From: Bacteroidota bacterium
Lineage (GTDB): Bacteria > Bacteroidota > Bacteroidia > Sphingobacteriales > Sphingobacteriaceae
Assembly: GCA_040388175.1 (NCBI GenBank)
Contig: JAZKCG010000004.1
Location: 45,160 to 109,159, forward strand
Direction of reading: 5' to 3'
DNA: 64,000 bases
Below are positions 18,727 through 28,628 of this stretch, one piece after another. Made by a program: the position numbers and the translations under genes. The notes beneath the pieces are model-generated. The model searched no databases. It saw nothing but the letters and a program-made list of their open reading frames with translations, and was not told the origin of the DNA. Position 1 is the stretch's first letter, and each line of letters opens with the position of its first letter.

Positions 18727-21700
18727 CTATAATGTTGAGGTTTGAATAGCTGGTGTTTCTTCGGGCATTAATGATGGGGATACATAAGTGGTCTTATCCT
18801 GCACCCAGGCAAAAACCAGTGGTAAAATAAACAGAGCGGCCAGTGTCGACGCAAACAGACCGCCAATTACAGCGCGCCCAAGTGGTGCGGTTTGCTCGCC
18901 GGCCTCGCCCATGCCTGATGCCATTGGGATCATACCCGCCATCATAGCCAAACTGGTCATTAATATAGGCCTTAAACGGATAGCAGCACTGGTGATAGAT
19001 GCACGCGTAGCGTCTTTAAATTCTATCCGTAGCTTTTCGCCATTGGTCACAATTAATATCGCGTTAGCAACAGATACCCCGGTGGACATGATCATACCCA
19101 TGTACGATTGCAGGTTAAGTGTAGACCCTGTTAACAACAATGCTGTTAACGACCCTAAAATAACCGCCGGTACCGTAGACAGTACCGTTAATGATAGTTT
19201 GAACGATTGATAATTGGCGGCTAACAACAGAAATATCACCAGCACCGCGAAACCTAAGCCACTTTGCAGGCTATTCATCGTTTCGGTCAATAAGCTGCTC
19301 ATCCCTCTCAGATCGGCAACCAAACCCTTAGGTGGTTTACCCAGGCCTTTTATCACTTTTTGCACATCGGCAGTAGCGGTGCCCAGATCTTTTTTATAAA
19401 TATTAGCGCTTACCGTTAAAAAGCGGCGCGGACCGGTACGGTCATATTCGCCGGGGGCATAAGTTATTTTAAAGTCGGCCACATCAGCCAATGTCGGGGT
19501 GCTTTGGCCTTTTAGTAATGGGATCTCCTTCAACTCGTCCATAGTATTCATGGTATACTCGGGTATCTGCACCTGCACCTGGTAGGTGTACTGCTTATCT
19601 TCATCCAACCATTGGTTCTTTTCTGTAAACCGGCTTGATGAGGTACTTGCCGTGACGGATCTTGCGATGTCTGTAACATTCAACCCAAATTGCGATACCT
19701 TTTGCCTGTCGAGCGTAATAGCTATTACGGGGATCTTTAACGGCTGGGTTATTTGCACGTCGCGCAGATAGTCTATCTTTTTTAAGCCGGCAACGGCCTT
19801 GTTGGCATAATCTTCTATCTGGGCCATGTCTTTACCGGCAACCCTTATTTCGATAGGGGTTGCGGCACCCTGGCTCATTATCTTCTCGGTCATATCAATA
19901 GGCTCAAACGTTATGCGCAGGTCGGGCATGGCATGGGCTATATTTTTGCGCAGCGCGTCCTTCAATTCGTCCATGTTCACCTTGTAGCTTTCATCCAGTT
20001 TAACCTGCAATACCGCCTCGTGCGTGCCGGTATTAAAAATATACAGGTTACTGCTGCCATAACTGCTTGGAATGATACCCACATAACCCGAACTGATCTC
20101 TACATGATTGTCTACGGTTTGGTTAATGATATTGAGCACTTGTTTAAACTTATCTTCGGTACGTTCTAAACGAGTGCCATCGGGCGCTTTTATACGGATC
20201 AGGAATTGCCCGTTATTAAGTTTGGGCATCATGTCTTTTCCTATGGTTGCAAATCCAACCCCGGCCAATACAATTACCACTACCAGATAAACCGGAATGA
20301 TAAGTTTTTTGTTAGGCATCCACCGGGTAATGATCTGCATGAACCGCATTTTTATCCGCTCAAACAGATCGTTTTTCTCCGGGTGTTTTTGTTCTTCTTT
20401 AAGATGTTTGTTTACCTGTTCTTCTTCCTGTTTATTTAAAGCCTCACCCGCGTGGGCGTGTACCTGGTCGTGATGATAATGTTGGTAGCGTTCGGCTTTG
20501 ATCATCCAGTTACTTAATATCGGCACTAAGGTTTGTGCCAAAATATAGGACACGATCATGGTTAAACCAATGGACATTGACAGCGGCAAGAACATCGCCT
20601 TCGGCACACCATTCATCAGGAAAGAGGGTGCAAATACCGCCAGTATACAAAGCAAGATCAGCAATAACGGGAATGAGATCTCTTCGCAGGCATCATAAAT
20701 AGCCAGCCGTTTTGATTTGCCCATTTCCAAGTGTTGGTGAATATTCTCTATAGTCACCGTCGCCTGGTCCACCAGGATACCAATAGCCAATGCCAGGCCG
20801 CTCAAAGTCATGATATTGATGGTTTGCCCAAACAGGCCCAACAACATCACCCCTAACAGAATAGACACCGGGATAGTGATGACCACAATTAAACTGCTGC
20901 GCAGATCGCGCAGAAAAAGCAGCACCATTAATCCGGTAAGTAGTGCCCCTAACCCGCCTTCGGTCATTAAACTTTTTACAGCATTGATTACAAATATAGA
21001 TTGATCAAACTCGTACGATACCTTAATATCATCGGGCAATAAGCTCTGCATCTCGGGCAGTTTGCTTTTCAAGCCCTGCACCACAGACCATGTTGAAGCG
21101 TCGGCAGTTTTTACTATCGGGATGTAGACCGAGCGTTTGCCATTGATCAACGCGTAATCGACTGTAACGTCCGACGCATCGGCTACCCTCGCCACATCTT
21201 TTACCAGTACCGACACGCCATTTTTGGTCTTGATAGGGATATCGCCAAACTCTTCTGACTTTTGCACCAGCGAGTTAATGGTGGTAGTGAACATGGTATT
21301 ATCTATCCTCAAATTACCTGATGGCGACATGGCGTTAAATTTTGCCAATGCCTCTACCACCTGATCGGGTGTAAGATCGTAGCTGCGCAGTTTGGCCGGA
21401 TCAACATTTACGGTTATGGAGCGCGAGTTGGCACCAAACGGTGGCGGTGCAGACAGCCCGGGCACTGAAGCAAACATGGGCCTGATACGTGTAGCCGCCA
21501 TATCATAGATCTCTTTCAGGCTTCGTCCCGGAGCAGATAGCACCAGTTGCCCTACCGGTAATGACGAAGCATCATAACGGATAACCTGCGGGGGTAAAGC
21601 ACCGGGTGGGAAGAACTTCATGGCCCGGTTAACCTGTAAGGCTACCTGCGCCTGCGCTTCGGCCATGTTGGTGCTTTCATAAAAGCTGATCTTGAGCATG

Positions 21701-21966
21701 GTTAGCCCCTGAATATTTTTGGTGGAGATATTTTTAATACCGTTCACATACAGAAACTGATCCTGCAAACGGGTAGAAAAGAAACCCTCCATTTGTTGTG
21801 GCGACATACCGCCGTACGATTCTATCACGTAAATGGTAGGGAGGTTTAGCTGCGGAAAAATATCTATTGGTATATTAATAGCGCTTAACACAGCGAATAA
21901 CATCAGGCTGGCTGTAATTACCACCACTGTTATAGGCTTTTTAAGCGCGGATGTGACCATTGACAT
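18727..21966 (-). CDS. Efflux RND transporter permease
   Basis: 1079 aa; IPIDIFP, NIMTLSGLALAIGILVD and RLRPILMT motifs. Confidence 0.95.
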   Translation of the reverse strand: MSMVTSALKKPITVVVITASLMLFAVLSAINIPIDIFPQLNLPTIYVIESYGGMSPQQMEGFFSTRLQDQFLYVNGIKNISTKNIQGLTMLKISFYESTNMAEAQAQVALQVNRAMKFFPPGALPPQVIRYDASSLPVGQLVLSAPGRSLKEIYDMAATRIRPMFASVPGLSAPPPFGANSRSITVNVDPAKLRSYDLTPDQVVEALAKFNAMSPSGNLRIDNTMFTTTINSLVQKSEEFGDIPIKTKNGVSVLVKDVARVADASDVTVDYALINGKRSVYIPIVKTADASTWSVVQGLKSKLPEMQSLLPDDIKVSYEFDQSIFVINAVKSLMTEGGLGALLTGLMVLLFLRDLRSSLIVVITIPVSILLGVMLLGLFGQTINIMTLSGLALAIGILVDQATVTIENIHQHLEMGKSKRLAIYDACEEISFPLLLILLCILAVFAPSFLMNGVPKAMFLPLSMSIGLTMIVSYILAQTLVPILSNWMIKAERYQHYHHDQVHAHAGEALNKQEEEQVNKHLKEEQKHPEKNDLFERIKMRFMQIITRWMPNKKLIIPVYLVVVIVLAGVGFATIGKDMMPKLNNGQFLIRIKAPDGTRLERTEDKFKQVLNIINQTVDNHVEISSGYVGIIPSSYGSSNLYIFNTGTHEAVLQVKLDESYKVNMDELKDALRKNIAHAMPDLRITFEPIDMTEKIMSQGAATPIEIRVAGKDMAQIEDYANKAVAGLKKIDYLRDVQITQPLKIPVIAITLDRQKVSQFGLNVTDIARSVTASTSSSRFTEKNQWLDEDKQYTYQVQVQIPEYTMNTMDELKEIPLLKGQSTPTLADVADFKITYAPGEYDRTGPRRFLTVSANIYKKDLGTATADVQKVIKGLGKPPKGLVADLRGMSSLLTETMNSLQSGLGFAVLVIFLLLAANYQSFKLSLTVLSTVPAVILGSLTALLLTGSTLNLQSYMGMIMSTGVSVANAILIVTNGEKLRIEFKDATRASITSAAIRLRPILMTSLAMMAGMIPMASGMGEAGEQTAPLGRAVIGGLFASTLAALFILPLVFAWVQDKTTYVSPSLMPEETPAIQTSTL

Positions 21967-21973
21967 AGTTAAA

Positions 21974-23350
21974 TTAATTTACAAGGTTCAAAATTGATGG
22001 TAGCTGGTTACCTGTAATTGCCTTCTGGAACAGGGCGCTGGTATAGGCATATTTAGCCTGGGCATAATCAGTCTCGGCGCGGTACAGGATGTTCAAAGCC
22101 GCGTTTAACTCGATAATATCGGTCAGCCCGCTTTTATACAGCGATAGTTTTTGGCGATATCCCGCATTTGCTGCCTTTAATTGGTTGGGGATCTCCTGTA
22201 ACCGTTGTTTAGCGGTATTCAGTTCCACATCGGCCTGGTTAATGCTTAACGCGAGTTGTGACCTTTGTTCATCCAGTTTTTTAGCTGCATAGTCGGTAGC
22301 TGTTTTTTGAGTGCGCAGTTTTAATTGTTTTCGTCGCAAATCGAACAGGTTGTAGGATATGCCTACTCCTACCAGGTAATTATCGCGGTCAAAACCCCAG
22401 CCGTTAGCCAGACTACCAAACTTATCATTGGTAATACTTGAACCACGCCCCCAGGCCGCTGCCTCTACCAATATTTTAGGGTTGTATTGTTTCTTTACCA
22501 GGTCCTCACGCTGCAGGCTATTTTGTACTATAGCCTTATAATAATTGATGTAAGGGTGGTTGGCTGTATCGGCATTAAGCGCAATGCTTGTTTGGCTTAT
22601 CAATGTCGCCCCTGCCAGTGTATCCGGCACAATGGTTTGGTAAGGCAGGCCACTTATAGCCGATAGTTGCAGCTGTGTTTGCTTAAATTGGTTATCCAGT
22701 TCGATATAATTTAAACGGGCTTTTGAAAGTTCGGCCTCGGCAATGCTGGTATCTACGCCCGGGCGTACCCCGCTTTTGGCTAATGACTGTATGGACCTTC
22801 TGATCTGCTCATTACGCTGGATGTTGCGCGATTGGATAGTCAAATAATCCTGCAAACGCATCAATTGCAGGTAGCCGCCAATGGCATAGGTTTGCAGTTG
22901 ATAACGCGACCGTTGAAACTGGTTTTGCTCGACAACGATATCAGACCCGGCCACCTTATTTTGAGCAGCGTAGGCACCAAAGTTATAGGCTTCCCAATCT
23001 AACGCGGCAATACCTAAATTAACCAGGGCTGTACTGGTATTACTTTGCGCACGTACCCCGCTTGAGTTGGACGGAACGATGCCGAAGCCAAAATAACCAC
23101 CTGCAACATTGTTATTGGTACCCACATCGGCCTGGTAATTTAATTTGAGATTAGGCAGCCAGTTATTGCGTACCTCTGTGGCCTGTGCCTGTTTAACGCT
23201 GATAGCTGCCGAGTCGGCCAGTAACGCTGGCGCTTTCTGGTCAACCGTATTTAGCAACGCCTTTAAACTTAGGGGTGGCTGCTGCTGTGCATAAGCAGAT
23301 ATCATGCAAAAACATAATACCGCCATGCACTTATACTTTAAATAGTGCAT
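21974..23350 (-). CDS. TolC family outer-membrane efflux protein
   Basis: WLPNLKL, ISYNLFD and YKSGLTDIIEL motifs; in an operon with the RND genes. Confidence 0.9.
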   Translation of the reverse strand: MHYLKYKCMAVLCFCMISAYAQQQPPLSLKALLNTVDQKAPALLADSAAISVKQAQATEVRNNWLPNLKLNYQADVGTNNNVAGGYFGFGIVPSNSSGVRAQSNTSTALVNLGIAALDWEAYNFGAYAAQNKVAGSDIVVEQNQFQRSRYQLQTYAIGGYLQLMRLQDYLTIQSRNIQRNEQIRRSIQSLAKSGVRPGVDTSIAEAELSKARLNYIELDNQFKQTQLQLSAISGLPYQTIVPDTLAGATLISQTSIALNADTANHPYINYYKAIVQNSLQREDLVKKQYNPKILVEAAAWGRGSSITNDKFGSLANGWGFDRDNYLVGVGISYNLFDLRRKQLKLRTQKTATDYAAKKLDEQRSQLALSINQADVELNTAKQRLQEIPNQLKAANAGYRQKLSLYKSGLTDIIELNAALNILYRAETDYAQAKYAYTSALFQKAITGNQLPSILNLVN

Positions 23351-23438
23351 TCTTTATGAGCTAAGAAATTAAAAAATGGAATTATAAGGCATGATGACGC
23401 CACTGGCGATCACGCGTGTATTGAGGAGAAAAAAGGTC

Positions 23439-23819
23439 TTAAATAGTAAGCTTGCCGCCGAGCAGGTAAAGCTGTCCCGGGAGAGCAAGACTATAATTTA
23501 TCGACGCTAAAAAGCTTTGTGTAGTCGCTTTAACCGACCGTAAAACAGCAGGCAAAAACATACTTAAGGCAACTGCAAAAAGCAGCCCGGAAGGCAAAGC
23601 GGGGTTAGCCAGCCGTTGTTGAACGTTAGCGATGCTTGATTCCTGTTCCTCAGCATACTCCTGTTTACGCTTAGTAAATGACTTGACCAGGATACTGGGG
23701 CTGCGGTGGTGTACCGTTTTGAAATAATGCTGATAACGTAAGTTAAACCCTACAAATGGTTTGGCCACAAACATAAGCATGGCAACAACCAATAGATATT
23801 TAAATTTTGCAGGGAGCAT
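23439..23819 (-). CDS. Hypothetical small membrane protein upstream of the efflux operon
   Basis: 126-aa ORF with two hydrophobic stretches, co-oriented with tolC. Confidence 0.65.
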   Translation of the reverse strand: MLPAKFKYLLVVAMLMFVAKPFVGFNLRYQHYFKTVHHRSPSILVKSFTKRKQEYAEEQESSIANVQQRLANPALPSGLLFAVALSMFLPAVLRSVKATTQSFLASINYSLALPGQLYLLGGKLTI

Positions 23820-23983
23820 ATCGGGTTAACGCAATTATTTCACCAAAGTTGCAGACGATCTGTTTAATAAACAGGAATGTAACGGAATATTTGCAATGAA
23901 TAAGCTAAGCGGTATAGATACACGAGGCAATAAATATTTCTCATAACCTGTAAGGAATGATAAAGCAGCGCGACTAACGATAC

Positions 23984-24433
23984 ATGAATACAAAATATCA
24001 TCAATACGCGCCACTAATATTAAGATTAGTTGTTGGCTATGGTTTCGCTGCTCACGGTTGGGCAAAAATAATCAGGGGACCAGCAGGCTTAGAAAAATTA
24101 TTGACTCAAACGGGCATTCCCTTACCTCATTTAAGTTCTTTGATATTACCTTATATAGAATTGTTAGGCGGTTTAGCTATTTTGTTAGGCATATTTACTA
24201 CTATTATTGCTACACCTCTTATTTGTACTATGGTTGTTGCTGTAATAACCATCCATTTTAAGTTTGGGTTTAGTACGGTGAACACCATCGGCCTAACATC
24301 AACCGGACCTAAATTTGGCCCGCCGGGTTATGAGATCAATTTATTATATATAGCTGGTTTGCTGTCATTAATGCTTACTGGAGCAGGGGTGTTTTCTGTA
24401 GATGATTGGCTAATCAAACGAAAATCGCGATAG
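23984..24433 (+). CDS. DoxX family membrane protein
   Basis: LRLVVG..FAAHGWAK, ELLGGLAILLG, GYEINL and GAG.FSVD motifs. Confidence 0.9.
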   Translation: MNTKYHQYAPLILRLVVGYGFAAHGWAKIIRGPAGLEKLLTQTGIPLPHLSSLILPYIELLGGLAILLGIFTTIIATPLICTMVVAVITIHFKFGFSTVNTIGLTSTGPKFGPPGYEINLLYIAGLLSLMLTGAGVFSVDDWLIKRKSR

Positions 24434-24435
24434 CA

Positions 24436-25206
24436 TTATTTTATCCCGGTGGGCAATACGCTTACTGATGTCCAGCCCCCATCAACAATCAGGCTTTGCC
24501 CGGTGATGTGTTTGGCTTTGTCTGATACCAGGAACAGGGCCGTATTAGCTATATCACTTACATAAGCAGGGCGGCCCATAGGGGTTATTTCTGACCAAAC
24601 CTTTTCGTAATCTTCTTCGAGGGTTGTGCGCTCGGTTAATGTAGCGCCCGGGGCTACAGTATTTACGTTTATTTTATAAGGCGATAATTCTATTACCAGG
24701 TTTTTGGCCAGCATTTCTAACGCGGCTTTAGTCATAGCATAAGCGGCAAGACTTTTCAATGCCTGGTGCCCTACTACCGACGAGGTGAAAAGTATAGCCC
24801 CACCATTAGGCTGTAACTTCATTTTATTTGATGCTGCCTGCGCCAAAAAGAACGATCCGCCCAGGTTAACCTGTAAAACTTTAAAGAACGCTTCCTGCGA
24901 GTAGGTAGCAAAATCGCCGTATAATGTGATACCTGCATTGGCAATTACAATATCCAGGTGACCATATTGGTTAATAGCCGCCTCGACTAATCGGTTAATG
25001 AAATCAAGGTCGCTCGAATCGCCGGGAAAAGCGATACAAGTTTTTCCATTATCGGCGTTAATCAGCGCGGCGGCATTGTCAGCCAATTTAGCGTCAAGAT
25101 CATTCAAAAAGACTGTCGCACCGTGGCTTACCAATTGCCTGCATATTTCAAACCCAATGCCCTGGCCCGCACCCGTAACAATAGCTACCTTATTCTTAAA
25201 ATTCAT
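24436..25206 (-). CDS. SDR family oxidoreductase
   Basis: TGAGQGIG, NAG, YAMTK (YxxxK) and DGG motifs. Confidence 0.95.
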   Translation of the reverse strand: MNFKNKVAIVTGAGQGIGFEICRQLVSHGATVFLNDLDAKLADNAAALINADNGKTCIAFPGDSSDLDFINRLVEAAINQYGHLDIVIANAGITLYGDFATYSQEAFFKVLQVNLGGSFFLAQAASNKMKLQPNGGAILFTSSVVGHQALKSLAAYAMTKAALEMLAKNLVIELSPYKINVNTVAPGATLTERTTLEEDYEKVWSEITPMGRPAYVSDIANTALFLVSDKAKHITGQSLIVDGGWTSVSVLPTGIK

Positions 25207-25360
25207 ACTGTAGGTTAATGTGGTTCCTTTAAAACAAAAAAGGCCCGGATCATAGATTCCGGACCACCAAAGTAAGTAAATAAAGTTTCAAATGGTAGTG
25301 CAGATAATTACTTCCAGTCTGCCGGGCCAAAGACGCTGTTTTTCGGCGTATTTTTCGTAT

Positions 25361-25616
25361 TTTTGTGTAAGCCCAAACGCCTGTTAAGGCGACATATTTT
25401 GCGAAAAACGCAAGCACGCATAAACGCAATTATTTCACAATACACTTATATCCAGAAATTTAAGTTAAATACTTACTGTGGTAACGTGTGATAGGCTGTG
25501 AAATAGGGTGAAAATTCTGTGATAGCGTGTGATTAGAGGTGTTATAAGTGTGGTAAACCGTGCAGTTTGATACGCAAAACTGTCCCAAGGGTAAAGCTTT
25601 TAATGCGTTTGCCCTG
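25361..25616 (-). repeat. Dispersed ~260-bp non-coding element with a helically phased CAC array, copy 1
   Basis: Its reverse complement aligns with 46077-46335, without indels over the first ~160 nt. Confidence 0.9.
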
Positions 25617-25720
25617 TAATTAGAACCAGCAACATAAAGATCTGAAGCCTTTTTATTTTGATTTATTTGTAAGTTAGCGTAGCTATTACAGCAACCTGTT
25701 ATCTAACCAAATAACTTTAT

Positions 25721-27277
25721 ATGAAGGCAAAATATTTCATGCTGCTACTATTATGGCCTTTCGCCATAATACAGGCTAATGCGCAAAACGCTACTATCAG
25801 TCAGCCGGGCGGCTCATTAAAGCTAATAAAAACAGGTACGGGTAAACCGCGTAATATCGTTTTTATTTTGGCTGATGATCATCGATATGATGCGCTTGGA
25901 TTTTTAAAGACACAGGATTTTATTGAAACCCCTAACCTGGACCGGATAGCCCGCGAAGGTGCTTATTTGCCTAACGCGTTTGTGAACAATTCGCTTTGTT
26001 CGCCATCAAGGGCTTCTATCCTGACCGGGTTGTATTCGCATAAACACACGGTTATTGATAATGAGCACGCCGTGCCTGCTAACTTGATATTCTTCCCGCA
26101 ATATTTGCAGCAGATAGGTTACCAAACCGCAATGGTAGGTAAATGGCATGCCGGCAATGATGGCGACGAGCCTAAACGCGGGTTTAATTACTGGCTATCC
26201 TTTAAGGGCCAGGGATCATACCTACCCGAAAAGAATGGGCTGAATTTTAACGGCAAACATATTCCGCAAAAAGGCTATATCACGGATGAATTAACCGATT
26301 ACGCGTTGGACTTTTTAAGTCATCGTCAAAAAGATAAGCCATTCATGCTGTACCTGGCACATAAAGGCGTACATGCCGATTTTATACCTGCCGAACGTGA
26401 TAAGGGCCGTGCTGCCAAGTATGAGTTTAAACCACCATTCACCATGGACCCCAAAAATGTAGAGGGTGCGCCTATGTGGGTACAAAACCAACGCAACTCA
26501 TGGCACGGGGTTGATTTCCCTTACCATAGCGACCTTAATATTGGCGAATACTATAAACGCTACGCCGAGACTTTGCATAGCGTTGATGAGTCGGTAGGTA
26601 AGGTGATGGATTACCTGAAAAAAGAGGACTTATTAGAATCGACACTTATTATTTATATGGGCGATAATGGCTTTCAGTTTGGCGAACATGGCCTGATAGA
26701 CAAACGCAACGCTTACGAAGCGTCTATGCGGGTACCGATGCTGGCTTATTGCCCCGAGGTGATTAAGCCGGGTACTGTAGTTAAGCAAGTGGTAGCCAAT
26801 ATTGATATAGCTCCAACCCTATTAGATGCAGCAGGGCTAAAAGCCCCTGCCTATATGGATGGTGCAAGCTTTTTGCCTTTATTAGCAGGTAAAACTGTTA
26901 CCAACTGGCGTAAAGGTTTATTGTATGAATATTACTGGGAGCGATCCTTCCCGCAAACACCAACCATGCATGCTTTGCGTAATGACCGGTTTAAATATAT
27001 CCACTACTATGGTATATGGGATACCGACGAGTTGTACGACCTGCAAGCCGACCCATTAGAAGCCAAAAACCTGATACGCGACCCGCAATATGCAGCTACC
27101 GTAAAAAGCATGGGTAAAGAATTGTTCCAGGCCTTAGCGGACACCAAAGGGATGTACCTGCCGCTGCATGACAATTTAGGCGGACAATCAAACCTGCGCA
27201 ACAAACATGGGTCGCCGGAAGCTAAGTTCCCGGATTATTTGATTAAGGATGTGAAGGGTACGAAGAAGCAGGATTAA
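25721..27277 (+). CDS. Formylglycine-dependent (Cys-type) sulfatase, exported
   Basis: ILADDH, CSPSRASILTG, GKWH and GDNG motifs; signal peptide. Confidence 0.95.
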   Translation: MKAKYFMLLLLWPFAIIQANAQNATISQPGGSLKLIKTGTGKPRNIVFILADDHRYDALGFLKTQDFIETPNLDRIAREGAYLPNAFVNNSLCSPSRASILTGLYSHKHTVIDNEHAVPANLIFFPQYLQQIGYQTAMVGKWHAGNDGDEPKRGFNYWLSFKGQGSYLPEKNGLNFNGKHIPQKGYITDELTDYALDFLSHRQKDKPFMLYLAHKGVHADFIPAERDKGRAAKYEFKPPFTMDPKNVEGAPMWVQNQRNSWHGVDFPYHSDLNIGEYYKRYAETLHSVDESVGKVMDYLKKEDLLESTLIIYMGDNGFQFGEHGLIDKRNAYEASMRVPMLAYCPEVIKPGTVVKQVVANIDIAPTLLDAAGLKAPAYMDGASFLPLLAGKTVTNWRKGLLYEYYWERSFPQTPTMHALRNDRFKYIHYYGIWDTDELYDLQADPLEAKNLIRDPQYAATVKSMGKELFQALADTKGMYLPLHDNLGGQSNLRNKHGSPEAKFPDYLIKDVKGTKKQD

Positions 27278-27292
27278 TACTAAAATTTGATT

Positions 27293-27322
27293 AGGTGATC
27301 CATTTTAAAATGAGGATCACCT
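27293..27322 (+). terminator. Hairpin after the sulfatase gene
   Basis: AGGTGATCC/GGATCACCT stem; lacks a clear U tract. Confidence 0.45.
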
Positions 27323-27413
27323 GGTATGAGACTTTGTTGGTTGACTATCCCACTGCATAGTTTTATCACAATAATTTACTACATTAATACCATCAAACCT
27401 AAAGCCGACTACC

Positions 27414-28589
27414 ATGAAACTGATTACCTGCACATTGGTCTGGATACTTCTTAGCCTGAACATCCTGGCCCAGCAAAATTTTAAAATTACAGGTACAGTT
27501 AAAGACGAAAAAAACACCCCGCTACAATCTGTAACTGTTTTTATTGATGGATCTAATAAGTATACCATGACCGATCTAAACGGGCATTATTCATTTGGTG
27601 GTATAGAACCGGGGACTTACAGGGTAGCTACCAGTATGGTTGGTAGGGGATCTGAAAGGTTAATGGTTATTGTATTAAACAAGTCGGTCACGGCAGATCT
27701 TGTAATGAAACCTAAGCCTATCGAACTGAATGAGGTGGTAATAGGTACTGATTCGAGACGGAATGAAATGTTACGGATCTTTACTAATAAATTCCTGGGT
27801 GTTACAGAAAACGCACAAAGCTGTACCATCATCAATCCTAAGATTATAGAGTTTACAACCAATAAAAGCATCCTGCTGGCTACAACACCTGATTTTCTGA
27901 TCATCGAAAATAAAAATCTGGGCTATCGTATTAAATATCTGCTTAAAATATTTAGATATGACAGGGCTTTTAGTCTAACCAGCTATACAGGCGATTGCAT
28001 ATTTGAAGAATTACCGGGGTCAACAAAACAAAAGAAAAAATGGATCGAAAACAGGCGAAAAGCTTACCAGGGTTCCTTTATGCACTTTTTAAGGAGTTTG
28101 TATGCAGGCAATACGCGCGAACAAGGCTTTAAATGTTATGCCTTCATTGACAGTGCAAAAACACCGACCGTAAGTGACGAACTTATCGATATGAGTCAAT
28201 ACGTTACTCGCATAGACAGTAATTTTATAAGGCTGGCTTTCACAAAAAAATTTAAAGCAGACCATATTAGTACAAAGGCTTTAGCAGTAAAAAGAAGTTC
28301 GCAAGGGACAGAAGTAGTTAAGTTCTTTGGCGATACTACAGGGGTACCCGATTCTGTTAAAAAAGGAATTTCTCTGATCGTACCAAAGTCGGAAAAAGAA
28401 CGACGCTTAATGGCAGCCTCCTTCCTTGCATCACACAGGGGTAATGATGCAGGTGTTGTTAAACTATATTTGAATTTCACGGTAGTTGACCGTAACGGCA
28501 ATTATATGGATTACCGAAGTTTTTTACTGGAAGGACTTTGGAACGAGTTACAAATGGGCGATAGGTTGCCTTTTACCTATCAACCATAA
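27414..28589 (+). CDS. Carboxypeptidase regulatory-like domain protein
   Basis: ITGTVKDE...TDLNGHYS...LNEVVI N-terminal domain, followed by F...FLG and R.KAYQGS..HFLRS blocks. Confidence 0.8.
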   Translation: MKLITCTLVWILLSLNILAQQNFKITGTVKDEKNTPLQSVTVFIDGSNKYTMTDLNGHYSFGGIEPGTYRVATSMVGRGSERLMVIVLNKSVTADLVMKPKPIELNEVVIGTDSRRNEMLRIFTNKFLGVTENAQSCTIINPKIIEFTTNKSILLATTPDFLIIENKNLGYRIKYLLKIFRYDRAFSLTSYTGDCIFEELPGSTKQKKKWIENRRKAYQGSFMHFLRSLYAGNTREQGFKCYAFIDSAKTPTVSDELIDMSQYVTRIDSNFIRLAFTKKFKADHISTKALAVKRSSQGTEVVKFFGDTTGVPDSVKKGISLIVPKSEKERRLMAASFLASHRGNDAGVVKLYLNFTVVDRNGNYMDYRSFLLEGLWNELQMGDRLPFTYQP

Positions 28590-28594
28590 AATAC

Positions 28595-28620
28595 AAAAAA
28601 GCCCCTATTCGGGGCTTCTT
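28595..28620. terminator. Bidirectional intrinsic terminator
   Basis: AAAAAAGCCCC-TATTC-GGGGCTTCTT. Confidence 0.75.
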
Positions 28621-28628
28621 GTTATCTC

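Noticed and set aside
25470-25565. Phased array as a CRISPR array or coding tandem repeat
   Set aside because: The units are ~10 bp and degenerate, and no reading frame is shared by both copies.
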